Program-made: the position numbers and the translations under genes
In this document: positions 22,392 to 31,574 of the stretch, piece after piece
Layout of the letters: each line of letters opens with the position of its first letter
How positions within the stretch are numbered: the stretch's first letter is position 1
The notes under the pieces: model-generated
What the model saw: only the letters and a program-made list of their open reading frames with translations
Told to the model about the DNA's origin: nothing
The model's database searches: none
NCBI GenBank assembly: GCA_017937885.1
Contig: JAGBCS010000002.1
Coordinates: 8,613-72,612, forward strand
Origin: Bacteroidales bacterium
GTDB lineage: Bacteria > Bacteroidota > Bacteroidia > Bacteroidales > UBA932
Reading direction: 5' to 3'
DNA length: 64,000 bases

Positions 22392-22760
22392 ATGAAAGCA
22401 ATCTGGACTATTCTTCTGCTGATAACTTCGAATGTATTCATGACATTCGCATGGTACGGACACCTCAAGCTTCAGGAAATGAAGATATCTTCAGGATGGC
22501 CGCTGATCGCCGTGATACTCTTTTCATGGGGTGTCGCGTTCTTCGAGTATTGCGCACAGGTACCGGCCAACAGAATCGGCTTCATCGACAACGGAGGTCC
22601 GTTCAATCTGATGCAGCTTAAGGTGATACAGGAGGTCATTTCGCTTACGGTCTTCACCTTGATTGCAATGGTGATGTTCAAGGGACAGGCCCTGCAATGG
22701 AACCATTTTGCCGCATTCTTCTGTCTCATTCTGGCTGTTTTCTTCGTGTTTTTGAAATAA
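22392..22760 (+). CDS. DMT-superfamily small membrane protein (DUF486-like)
   Basis: SNVFMTFAWYGHLK, QVPANRIG and QLKVIQEVI motifs; four hydrophobic segments. Confidence 0.85.
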   Translation: MKAIWTILLLITSNVFMTFAWYGHLKLQEMKISSGWPLIAVILFSWGVAFFEYCAQVPANRIGFIDNGGPFNLMQLKVIQEVISLTVFTLIAMVMFKGQALQWNHFAAFFCLILAVFFVFLK

Positions 22761-22808
22761 AATAGAAAAAAAAATCGAAGAAAAATTTGGAAGTAAAGAA
22801 AAAATGCG

Positions 22809-22816
22809 TACCTTTG
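22809..22816 (+). promoter_or_regulatory. Bacteroidota -7 promoter element for the tRNA
   Basis: TACCTTTG matches TAnnTTTG and lies 19 nt before the tRNA, with TTTG further upstream. Confidence 0.7.
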
Positions 22817-22835
22817 CAATCCCAAACGATAAAAC

Positions 22836-22910
22836 GGTCGGTTCGTATAACGGTTAGTACTCAAGATTCTCAATCTTGCAATAGGGGTTCGATTCCCCTA
22901 CCGACTACCA
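22836..22910 (+). tRNA. tRNA-Glu (anticodon CTC)
   Basis: Acceptor GGTCGGT/ACCGACT, anticodon arm CAAGA-TTCTCAA-TCTTG, T-arm AGGGG-TTCGATT-CCCCT, encoded CCA. Confidence 0.96.
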
Positions 22911-22911
22911 G

Positions 22912-22940
22912 AAAAGCTCAGCATTACGCTGAGCTTTTTT
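22912..22940. terminator. Bidirectional intrinsic terminator after the tRNA
   Basis: aaaagctcagc-attac-gctgagctttttt. Confidence 0.85.
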
Positions 22941-22956
22941 CGTTTCATCATACCGG

Positions 22957-23829
22957 TTATTTCAGTACCACAGTGTTGAGCCACCTCTCAAGTTCAGAAC
23001 TCCACTCCTGTTTGTAGATGTAGTTGTCACCCCATCCGAAGCCATGACCGCCGGTTGGATAGATATGCATTGCAACACTGACCTTGTTCTCCACCAGCGC
23101 CTCATAGTACATCAGACTGTTCCTGACCGGGACAAGCCAGTCATCCGAAGCAGCCAGAATGAAAGCCGGAGGCGTATCGGAAGTAACATGCTTTTGATTT
23201 GAATAAAGGTCAAGCATTTCCTGAGATGGATCTGCGCCAAGCAGCCCATAGACGGACCCGTCATGGGTATACGGTTTCTCGAAAGTGATGACAGGATAGA
23301 CCAGTATCTGGAAATCAGGCCTTGTGACAGCATCAGTATAATGGGTCGAAGCTGTGGATGCCAGATGTCCTCCTGCAGAGAATCCCATCACTCCGACATG
23401 AGTGACACCGAGATCCGTACGAGCCCGCATCATCCTTATGGCCTGCTGGACATCACTCAAAGGGACATCATGGTGTCCGCGTGGCATCCTGTACTGCAGC
23501 AGACAGCAGGTAAAGCCTCTTGCATTGAGCCAATGTCTGATATCACGTCCCTCATGAGTCATCGAAAGCACGGCATAACCTCCTCCGGGACAGATGATCA
23601 CGCATCGTCCGTTAGGATTTCTGGCAGGATATATTTCCAGTATCGCTTCCTTATAGTTTTCCCCTTGCGGATCCTCTGCAGCATTGTATGTAAATGCATT
23701 CGGAGCGCCGTCAGGCCATACCTGCACGGTTTCCGGCATCGGGCCCCAGAATCCGCGTCCGCCTCCAGGCTGGGCGGATACGGCATTGGCTGAAAAAAGC
23801 AGCACGAATATGAAGACAAACCTATTCAT
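22957..23829 (-). CDS. Secreted alpha/beta-hydrolase esterase (BD-FAE or acetylxylan-esterase-like)
   Basis: Signal peptide, CPGGGY, GFSAGGHLA and GGHGFG motifs. Confidence 0.85.
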   Translation of the reverse strand: MNRFVFIFVLLFSANAVSAQPGGGRGFWGPMPETVQVWPDGAPNAFTYNAAEDPQGENYKEAILEIYPARNPNGRCVIICPGGGYAVLSMTHEGRDIRHWLNARGFTCCLLQYRMPRGHHDVPLSDVQQAIRMMRARTDLGVTHVGVMGFSAGGHLASTASTHYTDAVTRPDFQILVYPVITFEKPYTHDGSVYGLLGADPSQEMLDLYSNQKHVTSDTPPAFILAASDDWLVPVRNSLMYYEALVENKVSVAMHIYPTGGHGFGWGDNYIYKQEWSSELERWLNTVVLK

Positions 23830-23845
23830 ATGATTGCGTTTATGT

Positions 23846-26137
23846 CTATTTGAACAGAAGCTTTGCGACCTCGATCAGATAATCGCGGCAATTCATCCAC
23901 GTATGTCCGCCTCCCGGATACATGGTCTTATGCTCGATATTCCTGTCGTTCATCTCCTGATCGAGCGCGAGCGACGACTGATACAGGAAGTCGGAGGTAC
24001 CACAGCTGAGCCATACGAGATCGAGACTACCGTTGATTTTTTCGGCTGGCGCGTATGTACCGTTGTCGAAGTTCGCCTTTATCTCCGGCCCGAAGATTGC
24101 CGGAGCGAACGCACATACATAATGGAACATGTCCGGATTTCCGAGGCCGCATGCCAGCGTCTGCCTTCCTCCGAGCGAGAAACCTGCGATAGCCCTGTTG
24201 TCGGCATCCGTAAGAACATTGTAGTTCGCCTCGATGAACGGAACCACTGATTCCGTGAATTCCTTGGTAGTCAGTTTCGTATCCATCGGATTATATGCCT
24301 TTGCCATGCCTCTGAGGATCATCTCCGGATATGGATTGGCATACGGCATCACGATGATCATCTTCTTCGCCTGACCGGAAGCGATGAGATTGTCAAGAAT
24401 ATTGTTGACCTTTCCGACCTTGAACCATGTCTCATATGTGTCGGTCATGCCGTGGATAAGATACAGGACAGGATATTTCTCCGTTCCTGCCGGATCATAA
24501 CCGACTGGTGTATAAACACATACCGGCCTGTCAAATCCTACAGCTTCCGACGTATAATATGTATAGGTGACTTTTCCATGAGGAACATCCTGCAGATCCT
24601 GAGGGTCCGGCTGCGGTGCCTTTATATCAGCAAGACTGGCCTTGTATCCTTCGTTAGGGAAGATATGCATGTTCTCAGGATCGGCGATCTTGGTTCCGTC
24701 GATTATGAAAGAATAAGGATAGATGTCAGGAACCTCAGGCATCACGGTCACTTCCCAGATTCCATCCTCTCCCTTGGCCATATCTTTCGTACCCTCGAAC
24801 ATCTGGCACTCAAGTTCAACCTTAACGGCGTCATTGGCACGGACTCGGAATGTCACGCTGCCGTCCTTGTTATAATCAGGAGAAACGACACCGCGAGGGA
24901 AAAGTCTCGCCATAACTTCCGGAGTAAGACGCTGCTGATCTGGCTTTGCAGCCGGGGCCTCCGGCTTATCCGCAGGCGTCTTCGCCTTCTTCGGCTTACC
25001 CTTGGCAGCAAGGTCCATCGCCTCTTTTGAAGCCTCTTTATCGAAAAGAAGAGGGAAGGTCTGAGCGAGGAAATACCTCGCGTTCATCCATGTATGTCCG
25101 AACATTCCTGTCGTGTATTCCTGGATATTCCTGATTCCCCTGCTGTCGAGGAACTCGGCATATTCCTTCGCATTGCCGTAAAGGAAGTCATCCGTACCTA
25201 CTCCGAGCCAGAAGAGGTTAATCTTTCTGTTCGTCTTCTTCGCATTGTCGTACACATCTGGTATCTCCTTGCTGGTGAACGAACTGTACGAACAGAGGTA
25301 CGAGAACTTGTCAAGATTGGAAAGACCGAAGGCAAGGCCCTGGTTACCGCCGCGCGAAAAGCCTCCTATCGCCCTGCTTTCACGGTCGTTCAAGGTTCTG
25401 TAATTAGCTTCCACGTAAGGCATCAGGTCATTGAGAAGGTCCTTGCTGAAGATGTCTCCCTTTGTGAAATCAAAAGTGCCTGCAGGATAATACTTCGAAG
25501 GATTACCGTAAGGAAGGACGACTATCATCTCCTTTGCCTTTCCTTCGGCAATGAGATTGTCGAGGATAAGGTTCATCCTTCCGACCTTGAAGTACACCTC
25601 TTCGGTATCTGTCGTTCCGCTGATAAGATAGAATACAGGATACTTCCTGTCCGTATCCTTGTCATATGTCGGAGGAGTATAGACGATCGCATTTCCGTAA
25701 AGTCCCAGCGTCTCGGAATAATAATTCACATAGTCCACCTTGCCATGAGGCACGCTGCGAAGCTCGTGCACAAGCGGCTTGTCTCCCCTGACATCGAGGA
25801 GGGAATTCTTGAACTTCTCATTCGGAAACCACTCCGGATTCTGCGGATCCATTACCCCTATGCCGTCAACCTCGAAACAATATGGATATATATCCGGAGC
25901 AACAGGCCCAAGAGTTATCGTCCACACCCCGTTTTCAAGCCTGGTCATGTCCGTCTTCGGCGCAAACTGAGCGCTTATCTTTACATTCTTGGCATGAGGA
26001 GCATGCAGATTGAATGTCACGGTATTGTCTTCATGGACAATAGGTGAAGGATGATGCGGGCCTCCGAATCCCTGTGCCGAGGCTGCATACAGACCGGCTG
26101 AAAGCATCAGCACCAAAGTAAAAAGCAGTTTCTTCAT
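23846..26137 (-). CDS. Tandem double CBM48-CE1 esterase
   Basis: Two repeated modules with GGFSRGG and AGFSLGG nucleophile motifs, VPHGKV and GHTWMN, joined by a K/P/A-rich linker. Confidence 0.85.
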   Translation of the reverse strand: MKKLLFTLVLMLSAGLYAASAQGFGGPHHPSPIVHEDNTVTFNLHAPHAKNVKISAQFAPKTDMTRLENGVWTITLGPVAPDIYPYCFEVDGIGVMDPQNPEWFPNEKFKNSLLDVRGDKPLVHELRSVPHGKVDYVNYYSETLGLYGNAIVYTPPTYDKDTDRKYPVFYLISGTTDTEEVYFKVGRMNLILDNLIAEGKAKEMIVVLPYGNPSKYYPAGTFDFTKGDIFSKDLLNDLMPYVEANYRTLNDRESRAIGGFSRGGNQGLAFGLSNLDKFSYLCSYSSFTSKEIPDVYDNAKKTNRKINLFWLGVGTDDFLYGNAKEYAEFLDSRGIRNIQEYTTGMFGHTWMNARYFLAQTFPLLFDKEASKEAMDLAAKGKPKKAKTPADKPEAPAAKPDQQRLTPEVMARLFPRGVVSPDYNKDGSVTFRVRANDAVKVELECQMFEGTKDMAKGEDGIWEVTVMPEVPDIYPYSFIIDGTKIADPENMHIFPNEGYKASLADIKAPQPDPQDLQDVPHGKVTYTYYTSEAVGFDRPVCVYTPVGYDPAGTEKYPVLYLIHGMTDTYETWFKVGKVNNILDNLIASGQAKKMIIVMPYANPYPEMILRGMAKAYNPMDTKLTTKEFTESVVPFIEANYNVLTDADNRAIAGFSLGGRQTLACGLGNPDMFHYVCAFAPAIFGPEIKANFDNGTYAPAEKINGSLDLVWLSCGTSDFLYQSSLALDQEMNDRNIEHKTMYPGGGHTWMNCRDYLIEVAKLLFK

Positions 26138-26287
26138 ATTTCTGGATCTTTATACCTACAAATATAATGAATCCATATGTAAGCAACATGCAAGATCCTG
26201 AAGATTACAGGCATTTGCAACGAGAACAAAACAAAATGAACCCATTGGAAAAGTCTCGCGATCCGGAGGATTTAGTATATTTGCCAC

Positions 26288-27457
26288 ATGATCAGGAAAA
26301 TCGTCATAGCATCGGATTCGTTCAAGGGGTCGCTGACGTCACAGGAAGTGGCGGAAGCGGCGGCAGAAGGAGTCCGCAGAGTACTCCCGGAATGCGAAGC
26401 AACAGGGGTGGTCATCGGCGACGGCGGCGAGGGAACGGCCGAGGCGATGGCAACGGGCGACGGATGGACCAGGAAGATCGTCACCGTCCATGATCCGCTC
26501 GGCAGGTGCATTGAGGCCTGCTATTTCATGTCGGAAGACGGGAAAGCCCTGATGGAGATGGCGTCGGCAAGCGGTCTTACGCTCCTCAAGGCAGAAGAGC
26601 GCAATCCCCTGCTGACGTCGACATATGGCACCGGCGAGATGATGCTCGACGCCATCAGAAACGGCTGTCGGAGCATCACAATAGGCATCGGCGGCAGTGC
26701 CACAAATGACGGCGGTACGGGCATGCTTGAAGCGCTCGGGTTCAGGTTTATGGACAGAAACGGGAGACAGATAAACGGGCTTTGCGGCGCAAGATTGTCC
26801 GAAATCGCATCCATCTGCCGGGATGATGTCGCCCGGTGTATCATGGATACGGAAATCACAGTTGCATGCGATGTGGATTCGCCATTCTGCGGACCGGACG
26901 GAGCGACTCACGTGTTCGCTTCCCAGAAAGGCGCCGACTCAAATGCAATCCGCATACTTGAAGAAGGGATGAAGTCTCTATGCGATCTGATACGGGAAAC
27001 TGTCGGGACTGATCTGGCGGACATGGCCGGAGCCGGGGCGGCAGGAGGCCTCGGGGGCGCCTTCACAAGCTTCCTCAACGCAAGGCTGACCAAAGGTACA
27101 GACGCTGTTCTTGATGCCATAGGATTTGACGGGAAGCTCATGGATGCCGATATTGTCATTACAGGAGAAGGTAGGATAGACGCTCAGACAGGCAAGGGGA
27201 AAACCGTCAGCGGGATACTGGAACGTGCACGAAGACATGGAATCCCTGTAATTGCCATAGCAGGAATCGTCGACATGAGCGAAGAAGAGGCAAGGGAAAG
27301 AGGATTCGCATCAGTCCTTGCCATCGGACCGAGGCCGCAGAATGAAAGCGACCTCGAGAATGCAATGCTTCCCGAGGTCGCTAAAAGGCGTATTTCCGAT
27401 ACAGTCGCTAAAGCTCTGGAATCACTTTCTCCATCCTCGTGCCGCGAGAGCCTTTGA
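26288..27457 (+). CDS. glxK: Glycerate kinase (GlxK/GarK family)
   Basis: DSFKGSL, DGGEGT, GGSATNDGG, GAAGGLG and ITGEGRID motifs. Confidence 0.92.
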   Translation: MIRKIVIASDSFKGSLTSQEVAEAAAEGVRRVLPECEATGVVIGDGGEGTAEAMATGDGWTRKIVTVHDPLGRCIEACYFMSEDGKALMEMASASGLTLLKAEERNPLLTSTYGTGEMMLDAIRNGCRSITIGIGGSATNDGGTGMLEALGFRFMDRNGRQINGLCGARLSEIASICRDDVARCIMDTEITVACDVDSPFCGPDGATHVFASQKGADSNAIRILEEGMKSLCDLIRETVGTDLADMAGAGAAGGLGGAFTSFLNARLTKGTDAVLDAIGFDGKLMDADIVITGEGRIDAQTGKGKTVSGILERARRHGIPVIAIAGIVDMSEEEARERGFASVLAIGPRPQNESDLENAMLPEVAKRRISDTVAKALESLSPSSCRESL

Positions 27458-28748
27458 TAAGCACCGCAGCACCTTCGACTGCGTGCCCATGAAGCCACTG
27501 AGCAAGCTGATCCGAGCTTTCGAAATATGTTTCCGGGTCGGACGTCACTCCTGCCGCCTGCCGGAATTCCTTTCCTACGAAGAACACCTTATCCAATCCG
27601 AGAGAAGCGGCCTTGGCTATGACGGCTTCATGCTCCCTTATTGAATCACTGCCAAGCTCAAGCATATCTCCAAGCATTGCTATCTTCTTGTCCGCCACGA
27701 CATTTGCAAAATTATCAAGAGCAGCGGCCATGCTGGTAGGATTGGCATTATATGCATCCACGATAAGAGTATTCCTATCCGTACGGGTCATCTGCGAACG
27801 GTTGTTGGAAGGGACATATGCTTCGATTGCAGCGACAGCTTCTTCCATCGATATACCGAAATGCGAACCTACAGCAAGAGCAGCCATCACATTGTCGGCA
27901 TTATATGAACCTACCAGACGGGTATTCACAAGTCTTCCTCCCAAGTCTATGCGAAGGTATGGATGTCCTGCATCAGAAGGGAGCACCTTTCCTCCCTGAT
28001 AATCAAGGCCATAAGGTATAACAAGCGAATACGGACGTTCCGGATCGCTCTGAAGATTGCGCTCGTTCGCCATCCTGCAGAGATACGGATTGTCTACATT
28101 CAGGAAAACCTTGTCCGAAGTCCTGCGGAGATAATCATACAGTTCACCCTTGGTCTTCATGACACCTTCGAAACTGCCGAAACCAAGAAGATGAGCCTTG
28201 CCGACGTTCGTGATAAGACCGTAGTTCGGAAGAGCGATATCGACCAGTTCCTTGATGTCTCCCGGATGGCTTGCACCCATCTCGACCACAGCGATCTGAG
28301 TCTGCGAATCGATCTTCAGCAGGGTCAGCGGTACTCCTATGCTGTTATTGAGATTCCCTTCTGTTGCAGTCACACGGTATTTCACTGACAGGACTTCGCG
28401 GATAAGTTCCTTTGTCGTAGTCTTACCGTTCGTTCCCGTCAACGCTATGACATTCAGCGGTTTACCGTCAACAAAGGTCATCGAGCGATGCCAACGGGCA
28501 AGTTCCTGAAGAGTCTTCAGAGTATCTTCCACCTTGATCAGACGAGGGTCATCCGACTTTGCAACTTCCGCATCGCCATTGACCACAGCATAAGCAGCGC
28601 CGGCCTCAAGCGCCTTCAGCGCATATTCGTTTCCGTCAAAATTCTCTCCCTTGAGGGCAAAGAACAACTCCCCTCCCTTAAGAGTGCGGGTATCGGTAGT
28701 CACCGACCCGCACTCCTTGAATCTTTTATAAATCTCTGTTATCTGCAT
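27408..28748 (-). CDS. murF: UDP-MurNAc-tripeptide--D-Ala-D-Ala ligase
   Basis: TGTNGKTTTKE, NLNNSIGVP, DAYNANP, LGDMLELG and KGSRG motifs. Likely start is MQITEI at 28748. Confidence 0.95.
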   Translation of the reverse strand: MQITEIYKRFKECGSVTTDTRTLKGGELFFALKGENFDGNEYALKALEAGAAYAVVNGDAEVAKSDDPRLIKVEDTLKTLQELARWHRSMTFVDGKPLNVIALTGTNGKTTTKELIREVLSVKYRVTATEGNLNNSIGVPLTLLKIDSQTQIAVVEMGASHPGDIKELVDIALPNYGLITNVGKAHLLGFGSFEGVMKTKGELYDYLRRTSDKVFLNVDNPYLCRMANERNLQSDPERPYSLVIPYGLDYQGGKVLPSDAGHPYLRIDLGGRLVNTRLVGSYNADNVMAALAVGSHFGISMEEAVAAIEAYVPSNNRSQMTRTDRNTLIVDAYNANPTSMAAALDNFANVVADKKIAMLGDMLELGSDSIREHEAVIAKAASLGLDKVFFVGKEFRQAAGVTSDPETYFESSDQLAQWLHGHAVEGAAVLIKGSRGTRMEKVIPEL

Positions 28749-28749
28749 A

Positions 28750-29181
28750 TCATCTTCCTGTAGATCCGAATCCGCCGGCACCTCTTTCGGTTTCATCCAG
28801 CACCTCGACTTCATCCCATTCCACCTTCTCATATCTGGCAACTACCAGCTGCGCGATCCTTTCGCCAGGATTCACTACAAACGGCTCGTTTGACAGATTG
28901 ACAAGGATGACCTTCACTTCACCACGGTAGTCCGCATCGACAGTACCAGGAGCATTCAGCACTGATATTCCATGCTTGGCAGCAAGGCCGCTTCGAGGTC
29001 TGACCTGGGCCTCCGTTCCATCAGGAAGCGCCATGAAAAGTCCGGTCGGAATCATCGCCCTCTCGAGAGGCCCGAGTGTCACAGGCTCAGCAATATTGGC
29101 CTTGAGGTCCATTCCGGCAGATTTTTCCGTCGCATATGCCGGAGTCGGATAAGCCGACTTGTTCACTATCTGTACTTTCAT
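28750..29181 (-). CDS. dut: dUTP diphosphatase
   Basis: [23 protein letters not shown] and [10 protein letters not shown] motifs. Confidence 0.97.
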   Translation of the reverse strand: MKVQIVNKSAYPTPAYATEKSAGMDLKANIAEPVTLGPLERAMIPTGLFMALPDGTEAQVRPRSGLAAKHGISVLNAPGTVDADYRGEVKVILVNLSNEPFVVNPGERIAQLVVARYEKVEWDEVEVLDETERGAGGFGSTGR

Positions 29182-29184
29182 CCT

Positions 29185-31500
29185 TTAGTCAATGTTCGGT
29201 TCGTCCCAGACTATTGTCTCTGTGCACTTCACGGTAGCGCTCTGTCCTCCGCATGAAAGGACGAAGTCACCGGCCTCAAGAGTCCACTTGCCATAGTAGT
29301 TCACGAATGCAAGATCCTTTGCTGTCACCTCGAATTCAACTGTCTTTGTCTCGCCTGGTGCAAGTTCGATCTTTTCGAATGCACGCAGACGACGCACGTC
29401 AGGAGTAGAGCTTGCATAAACATCTGACGAGAACAGAAGAACACTCTCCTTACCGGCCACAGCACCCACATTGGTAACATCAACCGTAACCTTGAGCACA
29501 TCATCTGAAGCGAATTCCTTGGCAGATACGGTAAGATCCGAATAATCGAACGCCGTATAGCTCATACCATGTCCGAAAGGCCACTGTACGTCCATGACAG
29601 CATTGTAGTTGTACACACCTGACATAGTACCCTGATTCTCAGCCGGCTTATAGTCATATACAGCGAACTTGTTGGTATACTTAGGATATGTGAACGGAAG
29701 CTTTCCGCTGAAGTTTGCCTCACCTGAAAGAAGGGCTGCAAGCGCATCACCGCCAAAATTACCAGGAAGAAGTACGTCAACAACAGCAGTTGCAAGAGGC
29801 TCGATGTCATTGATGATACGAGGACGGCCCTCATTGAGGATCAGGATGATAGGACGACCGGTAGCGGCAAGCGACCTGACAAGGTTCTTCTGATTCTCCG
29901 AGAGGTCGAGGTCGTTGTCATTACCTGGAGTCTCACAATATGTATTCTCACCGATGCATGCGATGATCACGTCAGACTGACGCGCTGCCTTGACAGCCTC
30001 CTTGATGCCTGTAGCCTCGTCGAACTTCCAGTTTGGAGTCATGAGGTCATATTCCACGCCTGGAACATAAGTGACATTGTCAAACTTCTGATCCAGAGCC
30101 TCATAAATAGTATTGTACTTCTCTGTAAACGCTGGAATGGAAGCACCATGCCCCTGCCATGTATAAGACCATCCTCCGTTAAGAGTCCTCATAGAGTTGG
30201 CGTTAGGACCGGTCACAAGGATACGGAGATCCTTCTTGAGAGGAAGGATACCGTTGTTCTTGAGGAGGACCTGAGATTCGAGGGCAGCCTCGTAGGCAAG
30301 CTTCGCATGAGCCTCGCTGCCGAATTCAGGATAGTCTGCGAGATGAGTGTCCGGCTGGTCGAAGAGACCGAGACGGAACTTCAGACGAAGGATACGGCGG
30401 ACAGCGTCGTCGATGCGCGACATCGGCACTTCGCCCTCCTCGACAAGTTCCTTGAGGTCGATTGCGAACTGGCAGTCGTAAGGCACCATAGACATATCGA
30501 TACCTGCATTGATGGCAAGCTTGACAGCCTCCTTCTGGGTAGATGCTACTCTTTCACGTGTAAAGAGGTTGTTGATGTCTGCCCAGTCAGTCACGATCAT
30601 ACCGTCCCAGTTCAGGTCTTCCTTCACCCACTGGGTAAGAAGCTCTGTATTACAATGGAAAGGCACGCCGTTGTTGCTGCCGGAATTTACCATGATGGTA
30701 AGCGCGCCTGCCTGCATCGCCTCCTTGAAAGGCTCGAAATGCTTCTCGCGGAGTTCAGAAGCAGCGATCGAAGACGGAGTACGGTCCTGGCCTGTCACAG
30801 GCACGCCGTAACCCATGAAATGCTTCGCACATGCTGCGATGTTGTATGGTCCGACGTGATTAGGGTCGTCGCCCTGCATTCCGTGCACCTCGGCGATAGC
30901 CATCTGCGCATTCACGTATGTATCCTCGCCGAAGCTCTCCCACATGCGCGGCCACTCCGGATTTCTTCCCAGGTCCATGGTCGGCGAGAATGTCCATGGA
31001 ACATTTGCCGCACGACTCTCGTATGCTGTCACCTTACCCATATTGTAGGCATGTTCACGGTTGAATGACGCGGCGATACCGATCTCCTGCGGGAAGAGGA
31101 TGCCGCCGACTACATATGTAGTTCCGTGAATATGGTCAAGACCGTAGAGGCATGGGATTCCCATCTCCTCCATGGAGATACGGTTGAGTTCGGTGATGAA
31201 CTTGTCATATCCTTCAGGAGACTGCGCGATATCGCCCGGAGTGTTGAGCACCGAGCCGATCTTGTATGTCCTGATGATGGAATCACCTGCAGGGGTGATG
31301 TCAAGGCCATTGGCGATTGCTGTCGCCGTAATCTGGGTCATCTGGCCGACCTTCTCTTCAAGGGTCATGCCTTTGAGGATCTTCTCGACCTTAGCCTCGA
31401 TCTCCTTGTCCTGAGGAATGGCAGGTTCTGCCTTAGGTCCACAGCATGAAGCAAATATAGCAGCAGCTGCAGCAAATGGGATAAGTCTGTTCAGTTTCAT
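29185..31500 (-). CDS. GH3 beta-glucosidase-family lipoprotein with Fn3-like C-terminus
   Basis: Lipobox, MTLEEKVGQM, ESFGED, CAKHF and IVTDW motifs. Confidence 0.92.
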   Translation of the reverse strand: MKLNRLIPFAAAAAIFASCCGPKAEPAIPQDKEIEAKVEKILKGMTLEEKVGQMTQITATAIANGLDITPAGDSIIRTYKIGSVLNTPGDIAQSPEGYDKFITELNRISMEEMGIPCLYGLDHIHGTTYVVGGILFPQEIGIAASFNREHAYNMGKVTAYESRAANVPWTFSPTMDLGRNPEWPRMWESFGEDTYVNAQMAIAEVHGMQGDDPNHVGPYNIAACAKHFMGYGVPVTGQDRTPSSIAASELREKHFEPFKEAMQAGALTIMVNSGSNNGVPFHCNTELLTQWVKEDLNWDGMIVTDWADINNLFTRERVASTQKEAVKLAINAGIDMSMVPYDCQFAIDLKELVEEGEVPMSRIDDAVRRILRLKFRLGLFDQPDTHLADYPEFGSEAHAKLAYEAALESQVLLKNNGILPLKKDLRILVTGPNANSMRTLNGGWSYTWQGHGASIPAFTEKYNTIYEALDQKFDNVTYVPGVEYDLMTPNWKFDEATGIKEAVKAARQSDVIIACIGENTYCETPGNDNDLDLSENQKNLVRSLAATGRPIILILNEGRPRIINDIEPLATAVVDVLLPGNFGGDALAALLSGEANFSGKLPFTYPKYTNKFAVYDYKPAENQGTMSGVYNYNAVMDVQWPFGHGMSYTAFDYSDLTVSAKEFASDDVLKVTVDVTNVGAVAGKESVLLFSSDVYASSTPDVRRLRAFEKIELAPGETKTVEFEVTAKDLAFVNYYGKWTLEAGDFVLSCGGQSATVKCTETIVWDEPNID

Positions 31501-31574
31501 ATTATTATGCGATTATAATTCAGCCAATCGCACAAAAATACGAAACTTACGGGACAAATCAAACAACAAGACTG

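Noticed and set aside
22836-22960. tRNA-Glu as an integration site for a genomic island
   Set aside because: No integrase is present and I saw no duplicated tRNA 3' end in the window.
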